DNA from: Octopus sinensis
Taxonomy: Eukaryota
Direction of reading: 5' to 3'
NCBI RefSeq assembly: GCF_006345805.1
Contig: NC_043024.1
Coordinates: forward strand, 10,292,001-10,356,000
DNA: 64,000 nt
Shown piece by piece: positions 12,180 through 24,314 of the stretch. Below the pieces are notes generated by a model. That model saw nothing but the letters and a program-made list of their open reading frames with translations. It had not been told where the DNA came from and did not search any database. The stretch's first letter is position 1. Each line of letters opens with the position of its first letter. Both the position numbers and the translations under genes were made by a program.

Positions 12180-12376
12180 ACTTTAGAAAACCGGGGACAT
12201 CTCTAGGCGTGACGTCGATTGCGGGAATCCCTGCATTTTGAAATGGAATCGGTTTTGTGAGATTCTTCCTTTTCCAAAGAGGAATTCTTGGACGGAATTT
12301 TGGTGGAATCGGATTCTAGGCAGAGGCGGGTCTCGTCCCTCTATCAATGAACTGCACTTGAGTATTAATGCCAGAG
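12180..12376 (+). promoter_or_regulatory. Putative promoter and first exon of DPY19L3, ending at a strong donor
   Basis: CpG/GC-rich non-repeat island with tgacgtc (CRE-like) and ccggaa (ETS-like) motifs; GAG|GTAAGA donor at 12376/12377; exon 1a downstream has an acceptor that needs an upstream exon. Confidence 0.4.
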
Positions 12377-12439
12377 GTAAGATTTTTATTTAATGATAGT
12401 TTTCTTAAAGGTTCATCTACACCGGCTTCAATAATGTGG

Positions 12440-12819
12440 GTGTGTATATATGTGTGTGTGTGCGTATATGTTATGTATATGTGTGTATATACGTGTGTGA
12501 TGGAGGTTGTTCTTTGCATATTCGTATAGTATAGATTATGTGTGCGTATGTTATATACTTGTATATTATATTATATATGTATATATACGTATATATATAT
12601 ATTATACATTTGTATATTATATAAAACGTGTGTATACATTATATAAAACGTGTGTATATGCATGTGTGTATGTATATTTATGTGTGTGTGTGTATATATA
12701 TATATATATGTGTGTGTATGTATATATATATGTGTGTGTATGTATATATATATGTGTGTGTATGTATATATATATGTGTGTGTATGTATATATATGTGTG
12801 TGTGTATGTATATATATAC

Positions 12820-12868
<49 letters not shown>

Positions 12869-13458
12869 ATGGAGGTTGTTCTTTGCATATTTGTATATTA
12901 CATCGCATCATGTGTGCGCATACATGCACGTATGCATGTATATTATATATGTATATACACGTATATATAATTATAGATATTGATTATGCATTTCTATATT
13001 ATATAAAACGTCTGTATACATGTATATATATATGCATGTGTTATGTATATATATATATATATATATGTGTGTGTGCGTGTGTATATCTATATGTATATAT
13101 GTGTGTGTGTATATATATATACATATATATGTGTCTATGGATATATCTTTGTGTGTGTGTATATGTGTATATATATATGTGTGTGTGTATGTATATATAT
13201 GTGTGTATGTGAAGGAGGTTTTTCTTTACATAATCGTATATTATATATTATGTGTGCGTATATTATATACGTTGTATATTATATTATATATGTATATACA
13301 TGTATATATATATTATACATTTGTATATACACAAAACGTGTGTATACATGTATATATATATATATATATATACATTATATATGTGTATATATATATATAT
13401 AATATATATATGTGTGTGTGTATATATATATATATATGTGTGTTATATATATATATTG

Positions 13459-13495
<37 letters not shown>

Positions 13496-13667
13496 GTATA
13501 TATATGTTATGTATATATATGTGTATGTTATATATGTGTATATTATATATATGTGTATGTATATATGTGTAGATATATATATATGTGTATATATATATAG
13601 TGTGTATATATATATATGTGTATATATATCTATATGTGTATATATATATATATATAGTGTATATATA

Positions 13668-13700
<33 letters not shown>

Positions 13701-13874
13701 GTGTATATATATATATGCATATGTGTATGTATGCATATATATATATACACGTATATTATATATATGTAGTGAATCTTGCTTGCATGAAGTGGATTCGATC
13801 CACTATAGCCAAATTTAAATTAACACTGCAACAGAACTTTTCCCAGCCGTTGCACACACACATACATACATACG

Positions 13875-13910
<36 letters not shown>

Positions 13911-13950
13911 TATTATATATATATATATATATTATATACACACACACATG
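12440..13950. repeat. (TA/TG)n compound microsatellite field; others at 14490-15210, 19960-20255, 52840-53080 and 54170-55010
   Basis: Direct reading. Confidence 0.95.
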
Positions 13951-14098
13951 TATGTATTTATGATGGAGCACGGCGGAGATAAGAATATGTCCACCACCTG
14001 TTTTTTTTGGCCTAACAAAATCCCTAATCCTAATCCTAACCACCGAGTGTACGGGTATTCTTTACTTTCGCCCCTGGAGCACCACCATGGAAAATAAT

Positions 14099-14148
14099 CT
14101 GGGTGGGCTCGAACCATCCCATCTTTCGGTTAACAGCCGAAAGCGCTA
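14099..14148 (-). pseudogene. tRNA-Asn(GTT) fragment, 5' truncated
   Basis: - strand tagcgctttcggctgttaaccgaaagatgggatggttcgagcccacccag: anticodon stem ttcgg/ccgaa with GTT loop, T-arm ggttcgagccc; acceptor 5' strand replaced by microsatellite. Confidence 0.75.
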
Positions 14149-14527
14149 TATATACACACACACACACACACACATATGCAAAACTATTTGTACGTGCGTG
14201 TGTGTATAATCTAACATGTGTTTATATTATACACGGAACTCGGTTTCTGTCGTAAAAAAAAAAAAAGCGTTCCAGCCGCCGTGGCGGTCCCGATTATTCA
14301 TCAGCGATATGTTTGTAGAATATGTGACTGCTGTTTCTAGCAACCAGCCCTTGTTTTGTGTCTCTGTACTTGTGTGCGTATATGTGTACATATAAACACA
14401 CACACATATATATATATATACATGTAAACAGGTGTATGTATATATATAAAATTTAAATAATGAGTGTGATAAATTGAATAGCATATAGAAAAATTTGGAA
14501 ATTCAGAAAAATTGTAATACATGCGTG

Positions 14528-14559
<32 letters not shown>

Positions 14560-14568
14560 CATGTGCAC

Positions 14569-14617
<49 letters not shown>

Positions 14618-14751
14618 TATACACATGTATGCACACACACGCATACATATTGGCCGTACAGAACCGTTTTCCCAGACGTAGCATTGCCTATGATTCCATG
14701 CAGGCTACCAGTTAATAATTTTGGTAAATTTTTACCGTTTCTGTATGTGTA

Positions 14752-14800
<49 letters not shown>

Positions 14801-15745
14801 GTGTATATACAAGTGTTTGTATATGTATATAGAAGTGTGCATATATGTCTGTGTGTTTATGTATATATATAAGTGTGTATATATGTATGTGTTTATATAT
14901 ATATATATATATAAGTGTGTATATATGTGTGTTTATATATATATGTGTGTATATATGTATGTGTTTATATATATATAAGTGTGTATATATGTATGTGTTT
15001 ATATACATATATGTGTGTATATATGTATGTGTATATGTATATACAAGTGTATATCTGTATATGTATATACAAGTGTATATATGTATGTGTATATGTATAT
15101 ACAAGTATATATATGTCTTTGTATATATGTGTGTGCGGGTATATGCATATGTGTGTATATACGCGTATGCATATACACACGTGTATGTATGTATATATAT
15201 ATATAGCATGAATCGTCTAATACAGATATTAGATTCTACACCCACTATATATTTGGATTATATATATATATGTGTGTTTTTATATACATATTTGTGTGTC
15301 TACGTATGTATATTCGAAGAGCCGGCTGAACGGTTCATTCGAAATATATATATATATATATATATATGTGTGTATATCCAAATCCACACACACAACAGAA
15401 AACGGCTGACTTCGAAATTCCGGCTTAAACAGTGTGATGACGGCTTTGTAGATAAACCACTTCGAAGTCACTATCAGCATCTTCTTTATAAACAAAAACC
15501 AAAAAAATTGAGCAGTCCTTCAGTTTGATATCAGATCTCTTTGCTTTTCCATATAACTTCACACAAAAACTCACGGAGACATGGTTTATGGTATTTGAAA
15601 CTGCGGCCTCGCTAGGGCCCCGCCTCCAAATGCTTTTGTTTGGACCCACCTGTTGCTTCTTCCGAGAGTATGACCCCCCCCCCCATAATTTATTGCCCGT
15701 TACATTAAAATATGACAACCTAACCATATGTTGCAGGCTTATCTT

Positions 15746-16386
15746 GGGTACTACTAGCGAACAGTGGTCCCGGTGCGCGCACTCGCGTGTTCCACGCTAG
15801 CTAGTCGTATGTAGTCGATCCTACAACGACTTTTTAACGCTAACCATAACCCTAAACCTAATTTTTTTAACCCTAACCCTAATTTTTTAGCCCTAAACCT
15901 AACCCTAACCTTTGTTCATAAAAATAATTTGGCGTAACTTCGGTATAGGTACCGGAAGTACCCGATACATTTCAAGAAAGTACTTTTTTTGTTATATATA
16001 TGGGGGGTTAGGGGTGGGAGAAAAAGGTTTCTGTTAGGGTTAGGGGTGGGAGAAAAGGGTTTCTGTTAGGGTTAGGGGTGGGAGAAAAGGGTTTCTGTTA
16101 GGGTTAGGGGTGGGAGAAAAGGGTTTCTGTTATCTTCAGAAATGTAAACAAAGCCACTTCCGGTACCTATACCGAAGGATCGCCAAATAAAAAAATTATT
16201 TACTTAGTTTAAAGAATTATTTACTTTGCGTTTTATTTACTTTGTTCGAAAAATATTCCTTAATTTTCTTGGATATGTATTCAGCCTTGGAATACAAACA
16301 TTAGGCGCAAGTCGTATTAGGATCGACTACTTACGACTAGCTTGCGCGAGTGCGCGCACCGGGACCACTGTTCGCTAGTAGTACCC
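15746..16386. mobile_element. GGTAC-type MITE containing a nested GGCG-type MITE and TTAGGG-like arrays
   Basis: TIRs gggtactactagcgaacagtggtccc / gggaccactgttcgctagtagtaccc; inner ggcgtaacttcggtataggtaccggaagt / acttccggtacctataccgaaggatcgcc; four copies of a 32-bp gggttaggggtgggagaaaagggtttctgtta unit. Confidence 0.8.
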
Positions 16387-17709
16387 AATATTTATTACTC
16401 ATTTACATTAAATTATGACAACCCAACCATATGTTGCAGGCTTATCTTGCTTCTTTGCGGTTCCAAGTTACCATTGCTATTACCGTTTTTTAGCAATTCA
16501 GATTCTATGGAATATCGTCGACTTTTGGAAGCGTTAGTCTGCTAAACGCAATCTTTTTTGTTTTACTCTCTCTTTTACTCTTTTACTTGTTTCAGTCATT
16601 TGACTGCGGCCATGCTGCAGCACCGCCTTTAGTCAAGCAAATCGACCCCAGGACTTATACTTTGTAAGCCCAGTACTTATTCTATCGGTCTCTTTTGCCG
16701 AACCGCTAAGTGACGGGGACGTAAACACACCAGCATGGGTTGTCAAGCAATGCTAGGGGGACAAACACAGACACACATATATATATACATATATACGACT
16801 GGCTTCTTTCAGTTTCCGTCTACCAAATCCACTCACACGGCATTGGTCGGCCCGGGGATATAGCAGAAGACACTTGCCCAAGATGCCACGCAGTGGGACT
16901 GAACCCGGAACCATGTGGTTGGTTTTTTGTTTCTTTCTTGTTTAGCTGGGGTACAGCCTTGAAGAACTTTCAGTTGAATGTATCAACTCCAGTACTAATT
17001 CTTTTTCAAAATCTGGTACCTGTATCGGTTTCCTTTGCCAAACTGCTAAGTTAAGGGGACGTAAACGCACTAACACCGGTTGTTAAGCGGTGGCGGGAGT
17101 CAAACACACACACACACACACACATTCTTTTATTCTTTTACTTGTTTCAGTCATTTGACTGTGTCCATGCTGGGGCACCACCTTAAAGGCCTCTTTTGCC
17201 GAACCGCTAAGTTACAGGGATGTAAACGCACCAATATCGGTTGTCAAGCGATGGGTGGGGAAGAGAAGCGGAAAAAAAATACACATATGTTTATGCACAA
17301 CGGGCTTCTTTCAGTTTCCGCCTACCAAATCCACTCACAAGGCTTTAGTTGGCCCGAAGCTATAGTAGGAGACGATTATGGAAAAACATTTTTTTTTTTT
17401 ATTAGTGTGATATAAGGGGGATTTAGCTGTTGTTTTTAGCACATCTCACCACCACCTGATACCTTCCTTGTTTCTTTGTCACTGACATATACTCTTACTC
17501 TTTTTACTCTTTTACTTGTTTCAGTCATTTGACTGCGGCCATGCTGGAGCACCGCCTTTAGTTGTGAAAATCGACCCCGGGACTTATTCTTCGGAAGCCT
17601 AGTACTTATTCTATCGGTCTCTTTTGCCGAACCGTTAAGTTACAGGGACGTAAGCACACCAGCATCGGTTGTCAAGTGATGTTGTGGGGACAAGCACAGA
17701 CAAAGAAAC

Positions 17710-17742
<33 letters not shown>

Positions 17743-18782
17743 CATATATACACATGTATACGACGGGCTTCTTTTTGTTTCCGTCTACCAAATCCACTCA
17801 CAAGGCTTTAGTTGGCCCGAAGCTATAGTAGAAGACAATTATGGAAAAACAATTTTTTTTTTATTAGTGTGATATAAGGGGGATTTAGCTGTTGTTTTTA
17901 GCACATCCCACCACCACCTGATACCTTCCTTGTTTCTTTGTCACTGACATGTACTCTTACTCTTTTACTTGTTTCAGTCATTTGACTGCAGCCATGCTGG
18001 AGCACTGCCTTTAGTCGAGCAAATCGACCCCAGTACTTATTCTTTGTAAGCCTAGTGCTTATTCTATCGGTCTCTTTTGCCGAACCGCTAAGTTACAGGG
18101 ACGTAAGCACACCAGCATCAGTTGTCAAGTGATGTTGGGGAGACAAACACAGACACACACACACACATATATATATATACATATATATACAACGGGCTTC
18201 CTTCAGTTTCCGTCTACCAAATCCACTCACAAGGCTTTGGTCAGCCTGAGGCTGTAGTAGAAGACACTTGCCCAAGGTGCCACGCAGTGGGACTTGAACC
18301 CGGAACCATGTGGTTCGTAAGCAAGCTACTTACCACACAGCCACTCCTATGTCTAAAATTTTTTTTTTTAATCATTTTTAAATCATACAAATTCTCGTAT
18401 GTAGAACACAAATTCTTAAAGATTTTCTGGAAATTCCAAAGAATAAAAAAGTTATGAGGGGCTAGATGCAGTGTTTGAACCAGAATTCCCTAAAAAAAAA
18501 AAAGACGTACTCATAGTGACACGTAGACAAATTTGTTTTCAAAATTTCAAGTTTCATTTTGTAATATTATACATGATGTGTGACTGTACATATGTGAGAG
18601 CGCAGACCATTTTTTTCCCTTCTTTTATTCATGTTAAATTCTTACAGAATCTACCCTGTCTGAAAGATATTTGTAGACAATTTCATTAAAAAGAAAAATA
18701 AGCAAAATTGTAACCTACACCCTCTGAAAGCTATTTGTTGAAATTTTCATAAAAAGAAAATACCATTTGGTAAAATTCTGGT

Positions 18783-19254
18783 TTAATCCTTTCATTACCA
18801 ACCCGGCTGAAACTGGCTCTGAGTGCAAATGTCTTGTTTTCATAAATTTTGAATTAGAATCTTCCACCAAACCTTAGTCACAAATACTGTTCCTAACACT
18901 CACTGAATGACAACTAAGTTATTTTACTAAATTCTTTGTTATATTTAAAGTAATTGAAAGAAACTCAGAGAATCTCAACAGAAATATGGTAACAAAAGGG
19001 TTAAAATATATAATAGAGAAATAATTCTTAACCCTTTCATTACTGTATTTCTGTTGAGATGCTCAGTGTTTCTTTCAATTAATTTTAAATATAACAAAGA
19101 ATTTAGTAAAATAACTTAGTTATCATTAAGCTAGTGTTAGAAACATAAATTGTGACTAAAGTTTGGTGGAAGATTTTAATTCAAAACTTTTGAAAACAAG
19201 AGATTTGTACTACAGAGCCAGAGGCAGTTTCAGGCGGATTGGTAACAAAAGGGT
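18783..19254. mobile_element. Two piggyBac-like MITEs (TTAA-CCCTTT...AAAGGG-TTAA) in inverted orientation
   Basis: TTAA-bounded TIRs; 23-bp spacer at 19005-19027; same family as 56535-57264. Confidence 0.8.
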
Positions 19255-19958
19255 CTCTTCCATCATTTGTAAGGATGAAAAGAAAATTTCAGCAATCCTC
19301 ATCATGATGGAGAAAATCCAACTTATGTGGACATGCTATTCTGAAGGTCTGGCAAGGCATTCTACTGTGAAAATTGCCCAGCAGCAACAAAAGGGTACTC
19401 AGCTAGTATGTATATGTGTGTATTTATGTGTGTGTGTGTGTATATACATATATGGCTGTTTCCTGCACCAGCTTCACATAGAAGCCCCAGCCCATCCAAA
19501 GTGCCTTGGATCACAGGATGGCCTGCTGTGCTTACCTTGGATCGTAGGGCGACCTGCTGTGCTAGAGGACAGCTATTGAGTCCAGTACATCAACACCAAA
19601 AATCAAATGGAAATTGTAGTTGTGATACCTGTGCCGGTGGCACATAAAAAGCACCATCCGAACATGGCCGATGCCAGTGCCACCTTGAGTAGCTTCTGTG
19701 CCGGTGGCACATAAAAAGCACCAACCAATCGTGGCTGCTGCCAGCCCCCCCCCCCCCCGGCACCTATGCCGGTGGCACATAAATAACACCCACTACACTT
19801 ACGGAGTGGTTGGTGTTAGGAAGGGCATCCAGCTGTAGAAACACTGCCAGATCAGACTGGAGCCTGGTGCAGCTCTGGCTTCCCAGATCCCCGGTCAAAC
19901 CGTCCAATCCATTCTAGCATGGAAAATGGACGTTAAACGATGATGATGATGATGATGA

Positions 19959-20015
<57 letters not shown>

Positions 20016-20220
20016 ATGTGTGAGTATGTGTGTGTGTGTGAGTATATGTGTGTGTGTGTATATATGTTTGTGTGTGTGTAAATATATGTGTGAGTATATG
20101 TGTGTGTGTATATATGTGTGAGTATATATATATATATATATGTGTGTGTGCATGTGTATACATATATGTGTGTGTGTATATATATATATGTGTGAGTATA
20201 TATATATATGTGTGTGTGTG

Positions 20221-20258
<38 letters not shown>

Positions 20259-20302
20259 AAAAAAATCTGATTATGTCTGTTTCTTCTTCAGAAATTTCAG
20301 TG

Positions 20303-20569
20303 ATGGAATCCAGACAACGGAGGCACACCAAACCTTCGGCTAACAACAACCAGAAGAACATTCCTGCAGAGGACAAGAAAGCCAAACGTGGTAGCAAAAA
20401 GAAGAAGGTGCCTGCAGCTTCTCCTCCAAATAGTCGTCCCAGTACTGGACAATGCGTGACCATCTTGTGGGGCCTGATCGGTATATTGGCTGCTGTCGCC
20501 ATTGGTTACGCACATGCAAGGTACATGTCCACCTTGCACGACAACTATCTTTGGTTTTCTCAGATTTCA
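20303..20569 (+). CDS. DPY19L3: DPY19L3-like alternative N-terminal coding exon 1a (89 aa: basic tail, TM1, ...LHDNYLWFSQIS)
   Basis: Open frame MESRQRR...; hydrophobic VTILWGLIGILAAVAIGY; motif homologous to DPY19L3 LHENxLWFSNIK; phase-0 GTAAGT donor at 20570; pyrimidine tract and AG acceptors at 20291 and 20300. Confidence 0.85.
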
Positions 20570-21522
20570 GTAAGTACCTTGTTTATCTTTTATTCTTTTT
20601 ACTTGTTTCGGTTATTAGACTGTGGCCATGCTGGGGTACCACCTTGAATGTATCGACTCCAGTACTTGTTTTTTTGGGGGGGTTTTTTGGGGGGTTTTTT
20701 TTTGTAAACTTGGTACTTATTCTTTTGGTCTCTTTTGCCAAAGCACTGTTACATGGATGCAAACACATTAACACCGGTGTCAAGTGGTGATGGGGGGACA
20801 AACAATGACAAATACACACACACATATCTAAACCATAAAACCCCATGTAATTTGCACACCTGTGTAGTTTACACAGGTGAGTTTCAGGATAAAAATTGTT
20901 AAAAAAAGCTTCTACTCATGCAAAATTCGCACCCAAGAGTTTTCAGAATTTCCAATATGGCTAGGGAAAAAAGGTTTTCAATTTAGTTGTACTTAGCACA
21001 ATTAGATTTCATTAAATAAAAATAATTTCTGTTAACAGGTAACATATTAAAAACTCTGTGCCGGTGGCACGTAAAAAGTACCATCCGATCGTGGCCATTG
21101 CCAGCCTTGCCTGGCCTCTGTGCCGGTGGCACGTAAAAGGCACCATCCAATTGTGGCCATTTGCCAGCCTCGTCTGGCACATAAAAAGCACCCACTACAC
21201 TCATGGAGTGGTTGGCGTTAGGAAGAGCATCCGGCTATAGAAACACTGCCAGATCAGACTGGGCCTGGTGCAGCCTTCTGGCTTCCCAGATCCCAGTTGC
21301 ACCGTCCCAGCCATGCCAGCATGGAAAGCGGACGCTAAACGATGATGATGATGAAGTGTTTGTGTTGTTTATAATAACCTTTATTTTACACTTCTTTTCC
21401 ACAAGAGATTATGTCCGATCTTTAGACATACTTCTGTAATCATGATTACAGGAAAAGTTGATAATTCTTATCAACAAAGACAAAGCTGATAAATATGCAC
21501 AAGTGTTGCAAAATAAATTTAA

Positions 21523-21906
21523 TCTCTCTCTATATAAACGGCAGTTTGTCTGTGTGTGTTTCTGTGTGTCTGTTAGGTTGTACCCTCACCCTGACCACGG
21601 CTTTCAACCGATTCTGATGAAACTTGACACACACATAGCCCAATGTCATAATTCAAAACTAACGCAGCGAAAATTTTGAAAAGTTCCCCCAGTTCTGAAA
21701 AAAATCGATAAATTCGACATGGGGTCGAGAATCAGAAACACAAACCGCAAACTGTCTAGGGGACGCAACTCCACCTTTTTTCACTCTCAAAAAAAATTTA
21801 CCATCATTTTTTTCCATTTTTTTGCTATTTTTTGGCTATAACTCTCTAAAAATGCTTTATAGTTATTTCCCTTACAAACCTGAGCAACGCCGGGCGATAC
21901 TGCTAG
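21523..21906 (+). mobile_element. Non-autonomous Helitron; a 3' piece of the same family lies on - at about 27796-28110
   Basis: A|TC start (tctctctctatataaa); 3' gcaacgccgggcgatactgCTAG|T; no TSD. Confidence 0.8.
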
Positions 21907-22843
21907 TTACTGATAAACATCAGCTTGGATGATACTTTATTCAACTGATAGATGAAGGTGACCAATCAGACCGATTTTGTAAACAGAATTCTGATTGGTC
22001 GAAAGTGTCTTCTTGTCTCAAGCTCTGATTTTCTGCCTATTCTTGTCGGAACCTTTGATATGGAGTATTGAAATTTTAATCCCTTTCACACATATAAAAT
22101 GTCAAGCAAACTTAAAAATTTGTCATTACCGTTTTAGCCGGGATACCAAAGTGATAGTTTGGTAATCCGCTGAAACAAACATTAAAAATCGAAAGGAGAA
22201 AATAAACAGCTTTGCAAGTTTAACTCAGTGTTTATTGAACAAGAGAGGTGCAAAATTTAAGAAGTGACTTGTTAGAATATACATGTCTGTGAGGAGACAT
22301 AAACAAGAATAGCAAAAATCTACTATGCCAGAGGAACTGGTGATACATATATTACAAGTGTTCTATGAAGAGAACATAAGATTGCTGCCATAATTCAACA
22401 TGAATGCGAAACAACATTAAACATCGTATTAGGTAAATGAAGGTTTCTATAGGAACGCTACGTCATATTCACTTAGTGACACCACTGGGAGGTGGTCCTC
22501 AAAGTCGCTGGAAATAGAGATCTCCAGGTCCAAATTCTTGGATGGCCCCACTACACTCTTGGTGTGGTTGGCATTATGAAGGACATCCAACTGCAGAAAC
22601 CATGCCAAATCAGATTGCAACCTGGTGCCACTTCCCAGTTTTTGGTCAAACTGTCCAACCTATGCCAGCATGGAAAACAGATGTTAAATGAAGATGATGT
22701 TGATAATGATATATATATTTTTATATACATTAAATCTATATTGATTTCGTGGAAACAGCTTGCCAAAGATTTGACATGGTCACCAGCTGTTCTAATTAAC
22801 TCCCTCTGCTAGTTCATTTTTGTAACATAAAACTTAAGGTGTT

Positions 22844-22880
<37 letters not shown>

Positions 22881-23374
22881 CATCATCATCATTTTAACAT
22901 CCATTTTTCCAAACTAGCCTGGGTCACATGTAATTTGTTAAAGCAGATTTTTACAGCCGGATGCTCCTCCCCTGCTTCCTGGAAAGGTAATAATTCCTCA
23001 TAGCTAGACATTTTATACGGAAGACCACAGATGAACAACCCCACTTGTTTGACAATGATACATATTTACAACTGTTATGTGATATCAAGACTAGGGTACA
23101 CATGCACACAGAGGTGTCTGTGTGTATAGATATACATACATATAGGAGATATGCTGTGACTGCGAAGACCCGACAAATAATGTGAGTTCATGGCTGTTCC
23201 TGCACCAGCTTCACATGGAAGACCCAGCCCATCCAAAGTGCCTTGAATCGTAGGGCAACCTACTGTCCTTGAGGAGACCTATTGAGTCAAATACATTAAC
23301 ATCAAAAAATCAAAAGGAAATTGTAGACGTGATACCTCTGCCAGTGGCATGTAAAAAGCACCATCCGAACGTGG

Positions 23375-24310
23375 CCGATGCCAGTGCCGCCTTGACTGGC
23401 TTCGATGCCGGTGGCACGTAAAAAGCACCAACTGATTGGGGCCGATGCCAGTGCCGCCTTGACTGGCTTCGATGCCGGTGGCACGTAAAAAGCACCAACT
23501 GATTGGGGCCGATGCCAGTGCCGCCTTGACTGGCTTCGATGCCGGTGGCACGTAAAAAGCACCAACTGATTGGGGCCGATGCCAGTGCCGCCTTGACTGG
23601 CTTCGATGCCGGTGGCACGTAAAAAGCACCAACTGATTGGGGCCGATGCCAGTGCCGCCTTGACTGGCTTCGATGCCGGTGGCACGTAAAAAGCACCAAC
23701 TGATTGGGGCCGATGCCAGTGCCGCCTTGACTGGCTTCGATGCCGGTGGCACGTAAAAAGCACCAACTGATTGGGGCCGATGCCAGTGCCGCCTTGACTG
23801 GCTTCGATGCTGGTGGCACGTAAAAAGCACCAACTGATTGGGGCCGATGCCAGTGCCGCCTTGACTGGCTTCGATGCTGGTGGCACGTAAAAAGCACCAA
23901 CTGATTGGGGCCGATGCCAGTGCCGCCTTGACTGGCTTCGATGCCGGTGGCACGTAAAAAGCACCAACTGATTGGGGCCGATGCCAGTGCCGCCTTGACT
24001 GGCTTCGATGCTGGTGGCACGTAAAAAGCACCAACTGATTGGGGCCGATGCCAGTGCCGCCTTGACTGGCTTCGATGCTGGTGGCACGTAAAAAGCACCA
24101 ACTGATGGGGCCGATCCAGTGCCTCCTTGACTGGCTTCGATGCGGTGGCACGTAAAAAGCACCAACTGATTGGGGCCGATGCCAGTGCCGCCTTGACTGG
24201 CTTCGATGCTGGTGGCACGTAAAAAGCACCAACTGATTGGGGCCGATGCCAGTGCCGCCTTGACTGGCTTCGATGCTGGTGGCACGTAAAAAGCACCAAC
24301 TGATTGGGGC
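23375..24310 (+). repeat. 67-bp minisatellite, about 14 near-identical copies, within an RTE 3' UTR
   Basis: Period counted from gcacgt at 23414 to 23481; flanked 5' by the RTE ORF-end/3' UTR segment also seen at 19450 and 45150. Confidence 0.95.
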
Positions 24311-24314
24311 CGGG

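Noticed and set aside
14250-14350. - strand GC hairpin plus T13 run as a Pol III RNA (Y/vault-like) or hammerhead; RFX-like gtttctagcaac motif
   Set aside because: No terminal stem, no B box and no GAAA in the right place; a single motif match is not evidence.
12440-15250. Long ORFs rich in Y/I/C/V/H/T (also 3410-3909, 4843-5728, 38472-39354, 41270-42252, 54155-55047)
   Set aside because: Translations of di- and trinucleotide microsatellites, open in several frames on both strands; no domain content.
15839-16130. Telomere or chromosome-fusion site
   Set aside because: TTAGGG-like motifs are short, degenerate and enclosed within MITE TIRs.
20273-20302. In-frame upstream ATG (MSVSSSEISV) as the exon 1a start
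   Set aside because: It overlaps a pyrimidine tract and AG acceptors and directly follows a microsatellite; more likely intronic, though not excluded.
22220-22460. Possible decayed transposase DNA-binding domain
   Set aside because: Stops in all frames and no recognisable motif.
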